Shown here one piece after another: positions 1-13,039 of a stretch of 64,000 bases of DNA (position 1 is its first letter; each line of letters starts with the position of its first letter). Origin of the DNA: Felis catus (lineage: Eukaryota); NCBI RefSeq assembly GCF_018350175.1, contig NC_058368.1, positions 189,412,001 through 189,476,000 of the forward strand, given 5' to 3'. Below the pieces are notes generated by a model. The model saw only the letters and a program-made list of their open reading frames with translations. It was not told the origin of the DNA and searched no databases. Both the position numbers and the translations under genes were made by a program.

Positions 1-35
1 ACTGCATTACATCCATATGGAATATTCAGTGATAC

Positions 36-83
<48 letters not shown>

Positions 84-585
84 TATCAAGCCATGGAAAA
101 ACATGGAGAAATTTGGTATGCATTTGCTAAAAAAGAAGCCAGTTTGAAAAGGCTACATACTTATATGATTCCAACTACATGACATTCTGGAAAAGGCAAA
201 ACTATAGAGACAATGAAAAGATCAATAGTTGTCAGGGAAGGAAAAAGGGATAACTAGGTGGAATACAGGTAATCTTTAGGGCAATTAAACTATTCTGTAT
301 GATACTGTAAGGGTAGATACAAGACACTATGCATTTTTTAGTACTCATAGAAGTGTACAACAGAAAGAGTGAACCTTAATAGAAACTATGTACTTTTGTG
401 AAAAAAAGCATATCAGTATTGGTTCATCAATTTAATAAATGTGCCACACTAATACAAGATGTTAATAATACGGAAAATGTGGGGAAAATACAGGGACCCT
501 ATGCTCTCTATATCTCAGTAGTTTCTACTCAAATTTCCTATAAGCTTAAAGCCATTCTAAAAAAATAAAATCTATTAATTAAAAA
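1..585 (+). mobile_element. L1 3' end, L1MC1/2-like
   Basis: GAAAAGGCTACATAC..ATGATTCCAACTACATGACATTCTGGAAAAGGCAAAACTATAGAGACA matches the old L1MC 3'UTR; ends in AATAAA and an A-rich tail. Confidence 0.85.
37..81 (+). repeat. A45 homopolymer inside L1
   Basis: 45 consecutive A. Confidence 0.95.
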
Positions 586-999
586 TTTTAAAAGTAATGC
601 CAAAGCTAAACTCTGCATTTCTTATGAAAAGATCTATTAGACGTATGAGTGAGAGAACAGAGCAATAGCAGAGAAATGTATAAAATATGCTGTCTTTCAT
701 GTAAAAATGGGGGAAAAAAGACAGCACATTCGTATTTGTTTGTTTATGCATAAAAAGCTTCAGAAGAATATCTAAGAAACTAACAGCAGTATTACCTGTG
801 GGCTTGGTGGTTTAATTGGCTGGATGAGGATACTAATAAGAAAGCAAATTGTAAATCTGTCATGTGATTATAGCACTATTCTATTTTTTAATTATAATTT
901 TTAAAAAAACAAGCCCTTCAGAAGGTTTGTCTCACCTCTAAGGGAAACCCAAACTTGAACATTTCAGAACTAATACAATATTTTTGTTTAATTCTCTAA

Positions 1000-1510
1000 A
1001 GAGCCCTCTGGAATTTATCTTGAAGAAACTTTCATATGTGCACAGTATACTTAAGGAAACTACAAAGATATTCATTGCAGCATCATTTTTAATAGCCAAA
1101 ATTTTGGAAACACCTAAATATGCACTGACAAGAGGAATTGGTTAAGAAAACTGTAATATAGACATACTAGAAATTGCAAAGGACCAGTTAAAAAGAATAA
1201 AGTAGATTTATATGCACTGATGTGGAAATGTCCACAATGTATTGTTAAGGCAAACAATAAAGTTGCAGAAAAGTGTGGACAGAAATTTTTAAGGTATAAT
1301 ATAATTTTGTTTGTAAATACAATAAATAAAGATCGGGAAGGATATACAAGAAACTGAAAACAGTGCTTACCTCAGGGGAAGTATGTGGGGTTTTAAGGGT
1401 AGAAAGGGAGAGGTTTACTTTTTGCTCTTTCTACTCCCTATTGTTTGACTTTTTTTTTCCTGCAACTAGGATGTATTACATTTTATACATGAATAAAAAT
1501 ATAAAGATTT
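1000..1510 (+). mobile_element. ancient L1 3' end, L1ME4-like
   Basis: ATATTCATTGCAGCATC..TTGGAAACACCTAAAT..GATTTATATGCACTGATGTGGAAA..GAAGGATATACAAGAAACTG; a similar remnant lies at about 650-830. Confidence 0.7.
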
Positions 1511-2509
1511 TTAAAAACCCAGTGGAGTGTTCGTGTCCAGAAGCAGCAGCCATCTCAGGGCCTGTTTGCCATTACCTCTGTTCATTTCTTTTATACCAGG
1601 AAGGGCTAAAGGAACCTCAGTGTTCTCCATAGCATTGTTAACCGGGGCACTGAATCTAACTTGCTATACCCTGTAATTGGATCCTTCCAGTAAAGCTGCC
1701 TCAATAAAATGTCCCAAGTGCTGCAGCCAAGTGTTTAGGAGGCACATAGGACCCTGGTGGCAGCTTTGGGGGTGGGGAAGGGGGCCTGGGCCTGGGGCCT
1801 GGGTCTAAAATACTGTAGGAGGCATGCATTAACATCCCAGCAAGCTTAACTAGCAACAGAGGAGCATGTCTGCATTTTCCATGCAGGCTTAGGGAGACTT
1901 GTTTGCAAGGCTCAGGATCCCTGGTGAGCAGTTTTCTGTGGCTTCAGTTACAGCACAATTGCAAAAGTATTAATGCAATGAGACTTTGTATAACTACATT
2001 AAGAAAGGGGAAATTTAACTCTGCGATTTCTCCAGCAGGCATTCATAACTGTTAATAATGCATATATCTCAAGAAGGAAGTGATTGTTGATAATTATCCC
2101 CTAAATCGCACCTTGTGCAATACCTAAAGTGATGGGCAGAGAAAGGCCTACAACTTCCTGTTTCCTTGGTCTGCAATCATGATGTAGGTTCCATTCATAT
2201 GGTCTTTTCTTTTATTGTTTCATCTCCAGGGGCCACATATTCCCTTATGATTTGGGGAATAAGTTCTCTACCTTGGTCATTTTTGTCTTAAGATTTCAAA
2301 GCCCAAGAGCTGAATCCAGATGTGGCCTTTTAAATCGTGCCAGCTTAGAGTCCCAGAGTGTTTGTGTTTAACACTTGTCTGTCTCACTCCCCTTTGTTCA
2401 CACAAAGGGAACAGAGGTCTTCAAGGATGAAATTACCCAGAGGTGTCAGGCACAGAGTTGGTACTGCACTTAGGTCTCTGGAATTTTATTCCAGATTTCT
2501 GGGGTTATG

Positions 2510-3505
2510 TTCATTCATTCATATTTTCATCCATTTCTTCATTCAATAAACACTTATTGAACAACTATTATGCACAGAAGAAAGATAACATTATAGTTAA
2601 AAGTGCCAACTTTGGAACCATATTGCATAAGTAATTCAGATGATACTTTGCAGGAAAAGAAAAAAGTCAAATAACTAGAAAGAGTAAAAAAGTAAACCTC
2701 TCCTTTTCTACCAATACTTTTTAGCTCTGTGACCTTTAATAAGTCACAGAGCCTCTTTGTATCTGCTTCCCCCAAATTAAGTGAGAATAATGATGGAGCC
2801 TCATAAGATTGTTGAGAACACATGTAAGAGGCTTAAAACATCTTGTAGTATAAAAATGGTAGCTACTACTTTTATTGTTACTCTTATTCTTATCATTTTT
2901 ATCATTATGTACCAAGCATTATGCTGTAAACTTTGAACACAATGATAAAAAAAAAAAACAGTAAGAGATCTGCCTTCACAAAGTTTACAGACTAGTGGGG
3001 GCCTAAACATTAATCAAATATGGAGAATCACAAAAACAAATTGCGAGATTGTCATTGTGTGACTAGTGCTTCAAATGAGATATGCTTAGTAGCTGGGGCC
3101 GGAGCAGAGGAGTGTAGAGGGGTAGAGAACTGGGATTTATTTTAGTCAGGATAGTCAGATAAGGCTTATCTGGGGAAATAATACAGTTCTGAAGTGTAAA
3201 GAAGGAATTTCCTGGGCAAAATGGGAAAAGAAGAGTCTGAGTGAAGGAAAAGAATGTGCAAAGGCCTTCTGGCAGCTGGAATGCAGTACCTACCTGAAAC
3301 TATAAAAATGCATGTGTGGTTGGAGCATAGATATCAAAGATGGGGCAAGATTAAGTTGAATTCTTGTATGCATCACATCTCCTGGGGCCTGATAGGCACT
3401 TTAATATTGAATTTATCATTATCCTAGTTACAATAGGAAGCCATTAATGAGTTTTCAGCAGGGGAGTGCCATGATTTCCATTTTGGAAAAATCTCTCTGG
3501 CTGCT
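2510..3505 (-). mobile_element. L2 LINE 3' part, interrupted by a MIR
   Basis: TTCATTCAATAAACACTTATTGAACAAC tail; resumes at about 2905 (TGTACCAAGCATTATGCT) and runs to CAGCAGGGGAGTGCCATGAT..TCTCTCTGGCTGCT. Confidence 0.75.
2585..2900 (+). mobile_element. MIR SINE nested in L2
   Basis: CTCTGTGACCTT..AAGTCAC..AGAATAATGATG..CCTCATAAGATTGTTGAGA core. Confidence 0.65.
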
Positions 3506-3774
3506 AAACGAACAGATTGAAAGTATGATCCTTTTTGAGTATCTATTGTCTTTCTGTGTTGGCACTCATGTCACTGTAAATAAATGGAGGAGGACGTGCA
3601 TCCCGGAAGAGAAGTCAGTGATCTTCACAAAAGCTGAAATCAGAGAGAGACCTAGAGAGGATGATTGTGGGAAGTGCAATAGGAGAATGCAAATTTAGCC
3701 TATTTGCCAACTTAGGGTATTGCACATCTAGTCCTCCTTCTCTAAATGGTCACCACATCACACAGGAATAGGAG

Positions 3775-4020
3775 TAATTTGTTGCAAGCAATGAAAACTG
3801 GTTCTGGATGCCTATAGCAAAAAGGAGATTTGTTGAAAGATATAGAGGTATCCCAGGATCAAAGGAAGTTTGCAAAACCAGGCTCAAAATGAATAGAACC
3901 CAGGTGACTCAAAGCATCTTGGCAGAGGAGCCAATGGAGAACACATCCCCACCTCTCTCTCTCTCCAAAAAGAAATTGGAATGGATGTTAAACAACCAAA
4001 AACAACAGACACCCACTAGA
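3775..4020 (-). mobile_element. MaLR LTR remnant (old MLT1)
   Basis: TTGTTGCAAGCAATGAAAACTGG..AGCAAAAAGGAGATTTGTT resembles the reverse of an MLT1 3' end. Confidence 0.5.
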
Positions 4021-4154
4021 GTATAGTTCATGGAAGCATCTTCATCTCCCAATACCTAATCATGTCTAACACCCTAGGCCTCTCCCCACCACCCTCTACT
4101 GAGATTTCCCAAGGAGCCTTCAATCACCGCCAATCAGACACCAACGCTCTTGCT

Positions 4155-4675
4155 TGAATACTCCCAAGTGCCTCCACTGCTCTTAGGATAAGGAATAGAC
4201 TCTTGAGCATGGCCAAAGGCCCTCCATGATCTGTCCTGTTGACCTCTGACCTCAATTCTTCCCTGTCTCCTTTCTCTCACTAAACTCTGGTCTATAGTTC
4301 TTCCTGGTTCTCTAACACATCAAATTCCATTTTCCATGGGGCCTTTTGCACTTGCTCACCCTCCTGTCCAGAATGTTTTGCTCTAGAACTTTGAATGGCT
4401 GGCTTTTTCTTAACATTCAGGCCACAGGGAGAGCTTCCAGACCACCCAATTTCAATTGCTACCTCTCCATCTGTCACCTTCCATGACAGCACTTGATTGG
4501 TGTTCTTTAAGTCACTTATCACTCTCTGAAATTATTCATTTTTTTGTTTTCTTAATTTTATCCATATTCCCCAGCTAGTAAGAGAGGGCTATTGCAAATC
4601 CAGGTGACTATTCTATCACTAGTGCTAAAAGATTGCCTGGTAGTCAGTAAATTAATTCAGTGAATGAATAAATAA
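4155..4675 (+). mobile_element. L2 LINE 3' end
   Basis: CACTGCTCTTAGGATAA..GGCCCTCCATGATCTG..GGGCCTTTTGCACTTGCT..GAATGAATAA tail. Confidence 0.8.
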
Positions 4676-5155
4676 ACGTACATTATCTAAGGCAAAGGAA
4701 ACTCATGTTTTGCCAGCCCTCAATACTTTATCGGAGGTGTGAAATGACCAGAATTTTTGCTGTGATTCATCTCCCAATTGCTGAGTTGCAATTCCCCCAA
4801 TTCACAGCCAAGTAGTATCAGGTGACCATAGACTCAAAAAGGTATCATAAATTGCTTAATACGTTTTCTTCTGGGGCTTAGGCAATGAACTTGATATTTA
4901 CTGTTTGGCAAAGCCTTTCTGTTTTTCTTTGTTGGTAGGTGTAAGTTGATTTTTGCAGCCAAAAACACCTCTTTCTGGCTGGCTTCCCCATTTTTCTCCC
5001 TTTTACTAGCATACCCTGGAGTGGTATAACCAAGCTGAGGTGAGTTATGTGCAGGGAAATGGGCCTTAATGAATAGAAAATCCATGGAATTCATTTGATG
5101 TTAGCACATTAACACTCTCTTTGCCAAGTCTTCCAAATTTCAGCTTTCTCCCACA

Positions 5156-5158
5156 AAA

Positions 5159-5205
<47 letters not shown>

Positions 5206-5206
5206 A
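5156..5206 (+). repeat. (AAAT)n microsatellite
   Basis: perfect tetranucleotide array. Confidence 0.95.
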
Positions 5207-5349
5207 GTGGAGGAGGGAATATCTTTCTCAAAGACCACAATCTTGAAATTACATAAGCAATTCTACACATTTTTTAAAAAATGAAATGTGCTACAAAGCA
5301 GTCAACCATCACCAACAAACCCCAGATCTAAATGTCAACAAGCCCCATT

Positions 5350-5560
5350 GGTACAGTATATTGGCTAGGAGCTTGGGCCATAACGTCAGTCCTTGATGCT
5401 GTGGCTTACTGGCCATGAATTTGGAGCAAGGAACTTAGCCTCCCTAAGTCTCAGATTCCTCATCTGTTAAATAAGGGCAATAATATCACCTACGTCATAT
5501 TGTTAACCATTGTTAGGATGAAATGAGATGGATATATGTCAGGTGCCTAGCATAACACAA
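5350..5560 (+). mobile_element. MIR SINE
   Basis: CTCAGATTCCTCATCTGTTAAATAAGGGCAATAAT core; GGATGAAATGAGAT. Confidence 0.8.
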
Positions 5561-5984
5561 GCAGAGTAACAATTCTATGCACATTCTCGGAAAACTGCAT
5601 AAATAAGTGACATTCCACCCTCCCCGCATTTTAGTCTCCATTTCCCACAATATCTTTCCATGCTATGCTCCCCTTTGAGAATGCTGAATAATGGGATCAA
5701 TTTGGACAGAAATATAGGTGTGATTGTGGTTGTGCTCCAGCTTTCCTGAGCCCATTCTCCTGATAAAGGACAAACATTTCTGTATTAGAAATGTCATGAT
5801 GTACTACAGGTCATAGTCTTTTTCTCATCAAATAGAGAAAATAGCATATCCTGTAAGCTGAATGTGGAGTACAAATATTCTTGAGAAGTCCCTGGAGAGT
5901 CCTTTGCATGTTCTTCACCAGGTCTTGGACGTACCACATTAAATAAGACATGGACCCTGCCTCCATGGGTCTCATAGGCTCACT

Positions 5985-6085
5985 TCAGTTCTCAACTCTG
6001 CCACTCACTAGCAAAAACATGGGCAAGTTACTCGCCTTGCTGAACCTCAGCTTTCTCTTTTACAGAATGTAGAAAGTGATGTCTG
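5985..6085 (+). mobile_element. MIR fragment
   Basis: CTCTGCCACTCACTAGC..GGGCAAGTTACT..CTGAACCTCAGCTTTCTC. Confidence 0.7.
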
Positions 6086-6124
6086 AAATCCCATACTCTC
6101 ATACTGAAATAGGACTTGAACAAG

Positions 6125-6610
6125 GTGAGTTTCTCTAATGGTCAGAAAGCAACTCTGGCTAACATAAGTGGAAAGGTACTTTTATAAGGGTGTCAAGTTA
6201 CTCAAAGTATTAGCCCCAAACTCAAAAATCAGGAAAACAACCCATAGCCAAGGGATCCACAGCTGATTTCAAAAGGAACACCCCAGGGAGAATATGACCA
6301 TTACCAGTAACCAGTGCCACCACCACGGAAAGTTGCAGCCATTGCCACTAGGTCCACTACTATGAATAATTCTATCTAAATGACATCCCCAGCTCACAAC
6401 CCAAAGGGCTGAGCAGAAACATCCAGATGGCTGAACCGAGATCCTCAGCCCACTCCCTAGCTGTCAGGGGTTGACAAGAATGGAATCTAGATCCTATCAG
6501 CTTCCAACATGGGAGGGAGAGCACTACCTTCCTCCAGGAGTTTAACAGGAGAGATCTCCACAGAGGAGAGGTATTTGGTTGCTGAACATTCCCCTAAATA
6601 GTAAATATCC
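6125..6610 (-). mobile_element. MaLR LTR remnant (MLT1L/M/N-like)
   Basis: CAGAAAGCAACTCTGGCTAACATAAG start; CATCCAGATGGCTGAACC..CCCACTCCCTAGCTG. Confidence 0.5.
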
Positions 6611-8199
6611 CTTGAAGCCTATAAAAGTACTCTGCACACAGTTGACTGCTATATCTTTCTGAATCATACTCACTGGACAGAGTTCAACTGCCTATGAGTG
6701 GGGTTGATTAGGACTTACAGACAGACCTAAGGAGCACATTCTATTGGGTTTTAAGAGAAAGAAGGATGAATTATCCATATATGAAAGAGATTTACTGTAA
6801 GAGCCCACGGGCATTTCCTAGAAAAATTCCAATAGTTTCATGCTGTTAGGACAAGTCATTTGTGTAACTTCTACAGGGAAATGGCTTATTGCTTTATTCA
6901 CTAATATCAACCTGTCATCTCGTTACTATTGATTAGCACTGAGTGGCCGACGGCATGTTGGCAGAGAGCTGGTTCCTCCAAGATTGGCTGACCAGCAAAT
7001 CTTCTTACCCAGAACCAGGTACTTTCTGAAGCCCTAGAAAATTTTCCAGCCAATGGTTTCTTCCCCTACTTCTTTCTCTGCTTCAGGGGGGAAAAATGAA
7101 ATGCACAACATGTATGAATTGAGGGAGAGAAGTATTTTAACATTGCTGGGAACTTGTTAAAGGCTACCTTCACTCAATAAATATATTTGTTATGCAGTGC
7201 TGGAAAATTTTGGAGGAAGGACAGGAAAGAGGAGAAACCATAGCTATCTCTGGAGCCTGTGTCTTGCCTGGAGTCCTTCACCACCCTGCCACCCTGCCAA
7301 AAGCACGGTTTCTTGCCACTGTCTCAATCTTCCCACCTACCCCTATATCCCTTTATAATAAGCAGCCTAGAGTGCTGTCATTTAATACACATACACACGG
7401 CTCCCCAGAGCTTGGAAACTCTCATGCAACTGTCTCCTTGATAGGCATCTAAGAAACAAATGAGGAGAAAGGATGTCTAAAGGCTCCATTAACATTGTTA
7501 GGTTAGAAACGTTGACAATAAGTCGATTCTTTTTGACATGACTGTCCTGGTAATGAAGGGACATTTCTACATGACTCTTCCTAATGTAAGATAAGATATG
7601 GATGGCCTCTGATTTTTTTGACACATGTCCGGTATATCAAAGGGGTGGGAACTGGTACAAAAAAATATATAGGTTGCTTCAGTGACACATTAATAGGAGC
7701 CTGGGTTGGGAGATTAATGATAATGCTACCTTGCACTTGAGTGTTCTGGCAGCTCACCTGGGAATGAAGGCCGGAATTCCCACAAGAGGGACTAGAAGAC
7801 CCAGGGGCCATCACCTAACACCCAGATGGAGTCCTTTCATTTGCACATAATCCTGGAAAACCACCAGGAGGAGAGGAATTGCTCATGCTCTAGAATATCA
7901 CTTTTCATTTACCTCTGGCTGCGTTCTGAGTGGGGGTAACTATACGGGCCTGGTTCTGATTTGTCCCCATCTCCAACCCCCAAAAGGATCAGCTGGAATT
8001 GGTAGCAGACAATAATTAAGCTATGTACGTGAGATAGGCTGCCAAGGCAGAATGGAGAACCAGGCAAGAGTGGTAGAGATACAGCTCTTTCAGCATCTAG
8101 TTATCTGCAGACACTCAGACCTGCCTACAGAGCTCAAAGAGGTCTTAAGAGGGTCAGATTTGATTAAAAGCAAAACAAAATAAAATCCAGCCTCTGTGC

Positions 8200-8392
8200 T
8201 CCCAATGTTCCTTACCTTGCCCTACTTTTTTTTTCTTTTTCCATGGCACTTACCACCTTCTGACATACAGTATAATTTACTATCATGCTATCTTAGATTT
8301 AGCTACGCCTTATGGCATGGATCTTTGTTTTGTGTGTCCCAAGGTGGGCACATGGTGGGCACTCAATAAATACTTGTTGAATAAATGACTGA
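8200..8392 (+). mobile_element. L2 3' end
   Basis: GGCACATGGTGGGCACTCAATAAATACTTGTTGAATAAATGA. Confidence 0.8.
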
Positions 8393-8756
8393 TTCAAAAT
8401 TACTGAAGGTCAAATATTTCTGTTTTTTAAAAAGATCATATAGCCCAGATAGCTTGGTTGGTAAAGCATGAGACTATTGAAAAAAAAAAAAAGCTATAAA
8501 ATAAAATTAGTCAATTCAATGCTGGCAACTTAATCATGCTGTTTGAATGAGGTAATGAATAATTATTATTATTGTTAAATAAATAGTTGTCAAAAAGATT
8601 CAAAGGAAAAAGCAAGTACTTTGGAAAAGGTAAGCATCCTATAGAAGCCTACTAAAAGCAAAAGATTGCTAGGCTTGCCCTCTGAAAATTTGCTTATTCA
8701 CTCTCATACATTTATTCCCCTTTTGATAATAATACAAACAGTTCTAGTACTAGTCA

Positions 8757-8975
8757 AAATAATAATAGCTAATATTTATCAAGACCTGACAATGTACCAA
8801 GCATGGGACAAAACTAGATGCATTATCTTACTTAATGCCCCCAGCAAGGTCCTGGAGCACCTGACAAGATTATCATTCCTGTTTCACAGAGAGATTGAAT
8901 AATTCCCTCAAGATCACACAGTTCATGTGTGTCAAGGCTGAGCATTCAACCCAAATGTTTCTCATTCTGGGCTAC
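8757..8975 (-). mobile_element. MIR SINE
   Basis: AATAATAGCTAATATTTAT..CTCAAGATCACACAG..ATTCAACCCA. Confidence 0.75.
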
Positions 8976-9014
8976 AACTTTAGGCCCTAAGTCATATTTT
9001 CTGTCTTTGCATCC

Positions 9015-9192
<178 letters not shown>

Positions 9193-9829
9193 GTTTTATT
9201 TTGCTTTTATTTACTCCTTTTTCCTCTGGCCCATACCAGTAAAAGGAAAAATTAAGGAAGGGGAAGAAGTAATTTTTTTCTAGGAATGGGGAAAACAGAG
9301 AAAGTGGATACATTACAAGATGACCCATACATACACTGTCAGCCAATCTTCCCCGCAATGCACAATACTATAGATACAGTTAGGAGATTTGTATGAACTC
9401 ACATATGCTTATTTGACTCTCCATTTCTTTAATCAGTTTAACTGAAAAGGATTAAGAATATATTTCTTATCAAATAGCATGTCCCACCTGTGATCTGTGT
9501 ACCTGATCTACCTCCTTTCTCATGCCTGATCTTAGTTCAATCAGTGACAGTCCCACCCCCAGCCTTACAGGGCAGATGGTGCCAGATGGTTAACTTACAC
9601 GTTCTGCTATTGAAGCGCTGAGCTGTTGCCAAACTACCCTCCTTTGAGCCCTATGAGTTACTCAAAGATGCCTCAGGTGCCCCCAAGGGACAGGCTGTGA
9701 GGGGGCAGGGGACACTTTACCCACAAGGGCTCTGCTTTCATCTACTTCACACCTTGAATTTCTGAACCAGATTTGTTTGTAAAGATTCATCAGCAATAAC
9801 AGAGAAAAGTATGAAATCACAAGATAGAG

Positions 9830-9965
9830 ATGCACAGTTTACTAGAAAGAGCCCTTGGCTGACAGTGAAGGAAATCGGGTCCTGGTTCTCCCCTTGCCAT
9901 GGCAAGGAACAAATCATTTAATCCTCTGAGACTCAGTTTCCTTGTCTGTAACAGAAGAATTTGAA
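9830..9965 (+). mobile_element. MIR fragment
   Basis: AAATCATTTAATCCTCTGAGACTCAGTTTCCTTGTCTGTAA. Confidence 0.7.
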
Positions 9966-9979
9966 TTAAAATTTCTTAA

Positions 9980-10100
9980 TTCATTGTGACAAATGTACAA
10001 TGCTAATGTTAACGACAGGGGAAATAGTATAGAATACACAGGAACTCTCTATAATTCCTGCAACTTCTTTATAAATGTAAAACTATGCAAAATTCTAAAA
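9980..10100 (+). mobile_element. L1MC/MD 3' terminal fragment
   Basis: TTGTGACAAATGTAC..GGAACTCTCTATAATTCCTGCAACTTC..AAAAGTTTATT. Confidence 0.65.
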
Positions 10101-10534
10101 GTTTATTAAAAATTTTTAAATAGAATTTATAAAATCTGTTTCAGCTTTAAAAAATACACTTGACATTATCCTTTAAAAAATTATCTTGGTAATTATCATT
10201 TACGGACTTTCAACTGTATCTGGAAATTCACAGAAGAAAACTCTAATTTCTGAAACTGTTTCAGATATTGCCTTATCTTATAAAATTAAGCTCATCTGGA
10301 TCCTGGGGTTTCCTACTTTGGGTATCTTTTGTGGTAGAACCTTGGGTTTCTTCAGCCACCCTTACTTTCCTGATCCTTCTTTACCATGGGTCTTCTAGCT
10401 GTTTTCCCAGTTTCAATTCTTTTGAATTGAAAGTACTACATAGAAAATCATTTTTATGTGCCTACTACATCAGTTCACAATATGAACCACAATTATATAC
10501 AGTTAGATACAGAGCCATAGACATAGAGGACAGA

Positions 10535-10619
10535 GGTACATATATAGATACAGATATATATATGGGTAAATATATGTATGGATATACATATACATATATA
10601 CATATGGATATATATATGC

Positions 10620-10658
<39 letters not shown>

Positions 10659-10670
10659 CCTATCTGTATC
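10535..10670 (+). repeat. TA-rich tract plus (TATC)n microsatellite
   Basis: (TATC)n at 10621-10658. Confidence 0.9.
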
Positions 10671-11711
10671 TTTACCTTTACTGTCCTAATGCTATTCCCT
10701 TAAAATCCTGCTGGTACCAAAATGAAGCAGACAGTTGAAGACTTGATTAAGTTTAATAAGAAAAGTCTCAGTTATCAAAAATAAACTTTTTCCTCTATCA
10801 AATTTCAGCCATTGGGTTTTACTATCATCTCCTTTGTTATTTCCAAATCCCCTATCAGCATAAAATTGCATGTAGTTGACTCCCAATTCTCCACTGAAGA
10901 AGTTCTTATTAAAAACATTACTGACAATTTTAATGTATATTGGGGCTTTGAGAGCGTAGGGTGAAAGGAGAAGTGTGTTAACTCTAGTCCTTCATTGCAC
11001 TGAAATGCCCTTCTCCATAGGCTTCTTGCTCTCTTTACTGACCCCAAATTCCTTAAAGATAGTTAATGACAATGCACAGGCTTCCCAAACCCCCCAAACA
11101 CAATCAATTCTGTGGGGCTTAGGCCAATCTATAAATTGGGTGTGTGAAACCAAACTGCACAGCTATCACTGACTAGAGTAGACCTAATGAAATCTTAGCT
11201 ATTTGACCTGCTAACTTGAAAGGCCTTTAGAAAAAAGAAAATCCATTAATCAATTTGTTTCTTGAGGCAACTTAGCAACAGGGATCCCAGTGGTGGATTG
11301 GGTGCTTTTGCTAATAAGCAAGTTGGACTGAATGAATTGTTAGTTGCATCAACTTAATTTAACTTTTAGGATATTGATTTTCATTAAGAAGATTCAATGC
11401 AAACTTCCCACCCGTATTTGAAAAAGGTTCAGCTATTTTTTTCCCTTTTTAGACATGCTATGTTTCACATATATATCATGCTATCTACAGAATATCTCCA
11501 GAAGCCCATTACAATATGGAAAAATTGTGAAAGTTTGTTTGACGCCCAGAACTCTCCTTTGTTAGGAAACCAGGACAGAATGTTTTCCAAGCCCCATACT
11601 TCAGACATCAATCTCCAATTTTTTTTTTTGTTTTAATTCATACCCACTACAAAGCTTTCTCATTGCATCTTCTATATATATCTCCACTATCCAAGGATAT
11701 TTTGGTTTAGC

Positions 11712-12420
11712 TTTCATTTGTTCATTCATTCATTCATTCATTCATTCATTCATTTGTTTGACAAATGAGCATCAGTTATATCCAGGTATTATACTAGGTG
11801 CTAGGGATACTTTGGTATGGTAAAAAGGCTTGTGGAGCTTAGAATCTAGTGAGAAAGACAGATAACCAACAAGTAAATAAATACAGAATTGCCTTACATA
11901 ATTGCTATATGTAAGTGTGGTAAATGCTATAGCAGAAACCAAAAGGGAGCCTAACAGAATAACAGGAGAGAACCAACTTAGATACGATGGCCAAGGAGGA
12001 ATAAAAACTAACATTTATTGAATGTTGCCATAATTACTTTACATATATTTTCCTTATTTAAACTTCCTAACAACCCTATGGGATGGATATCATCACAACC
12101 CACATATTTTTTTAAAAGAAGAAACTGAATAACAGAGAGGTTAAGGAATTTGCACAAGATCATATATATAGCTAGTGATTAGCAGATTTGAATTTTAATC
12201 CTGGCAGGCCTGCTCTGGAGTCTACATTCAACCACTACACTATCCTGCCTCCCTGAAGAGATGTTATTTATGCTGACACCTGAAAGTGTGCAGTGAGGTA
12301 CCTACACAAGGAGAAGGGCAGAGTGTTCAGTGAAATCAGAACAGCGTGCATAAAGATCCAGAGGCAACAAAGCAGTTGGCAGGCAAGAAGACAGGCAAAG
12401 CAGCAGTATAACTGATAAGA
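11712..12420 (-). mobile_element. L2 with expanded (TTCA)n tail, split by a MIR
   Basis: (TTCA)n..CTAGGTGCTAGGGATAC..GGAGCTTAGAATCTAGTG; resumes at CCTCCCTGAAGAGATG about 12250. Confidence 0.8.
12001..12250 (-). mobile_element. MIR SINE nested in L2
   Basis: CTAACATTTATTGAATG..AACAACCCTATG..GAAACTGAATAACAGAGAGGTTAAG. Confidence 0.85.
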
Positions 12421-12699
12421 GATGAACTTTATTTTCTGTATGTTGACTATGAAAACATTTTAATATGTGCTCTTAAAACTATGTATCAGTCCCAAACCAG
12501 AGATTCTGAAACATCGCAGTTGAAGTTTGTCATCAATGGACTCATTAGACCACTGATAGGTTAATACTGAACTCCAAGCTAATCTACCTACAGAGCTTCT
12601 CCGACTCTGCAGAGAGAGCCCTTCAACCATTTTATTTGGTTTTGTAAGCCTGTTTAGCATCAATCCATGAGACCCAATCTGAACTTCTTGAAAAGAAGT

Positions 12700-12790
12700 C
12701 ACCATCATAGTCCTCTTTGTGGCCTCAATCCCTTAGAACAGTACATGGCACATAGAAGCTGCTCAATAAAGGAGGAATAAATGACTAATA
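12700..12790 (+). mobile_element. L2 3' tail
   Basis: CTTAGAACAGTACATGGCACATAGAAGCTGCTCAATAAA. Confidence 0.7.
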
Positions 12791-13039
12791 AATTATAGTG
12801 CCCTGGATATAGCACAGATCAATGAATGAGAAAATCCGAAGGAAACAGTAGGGAAGAGCTTATTGTATCCCAGTGTTGGGGCCTGGGGGTCAGGGCAGAG
12901 AGTCACCAGTAGGAGCTGGGTGGGGGATGAAATTACTCAAAGTTCAAGGTAAACATCCCCTCACCTATCCACGGACTGGAATTATAGGAGTATCGCCTTG
13001 GTTTTCAGTTTCCCTCTGCCTGGAGAGAACTGTGTTTAT

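Noticed and set aside
10268..10738. Longest ORF (156 aa)
   Set aside because: TTG start, kept open by TA/TATC repeats, no recognisable domain
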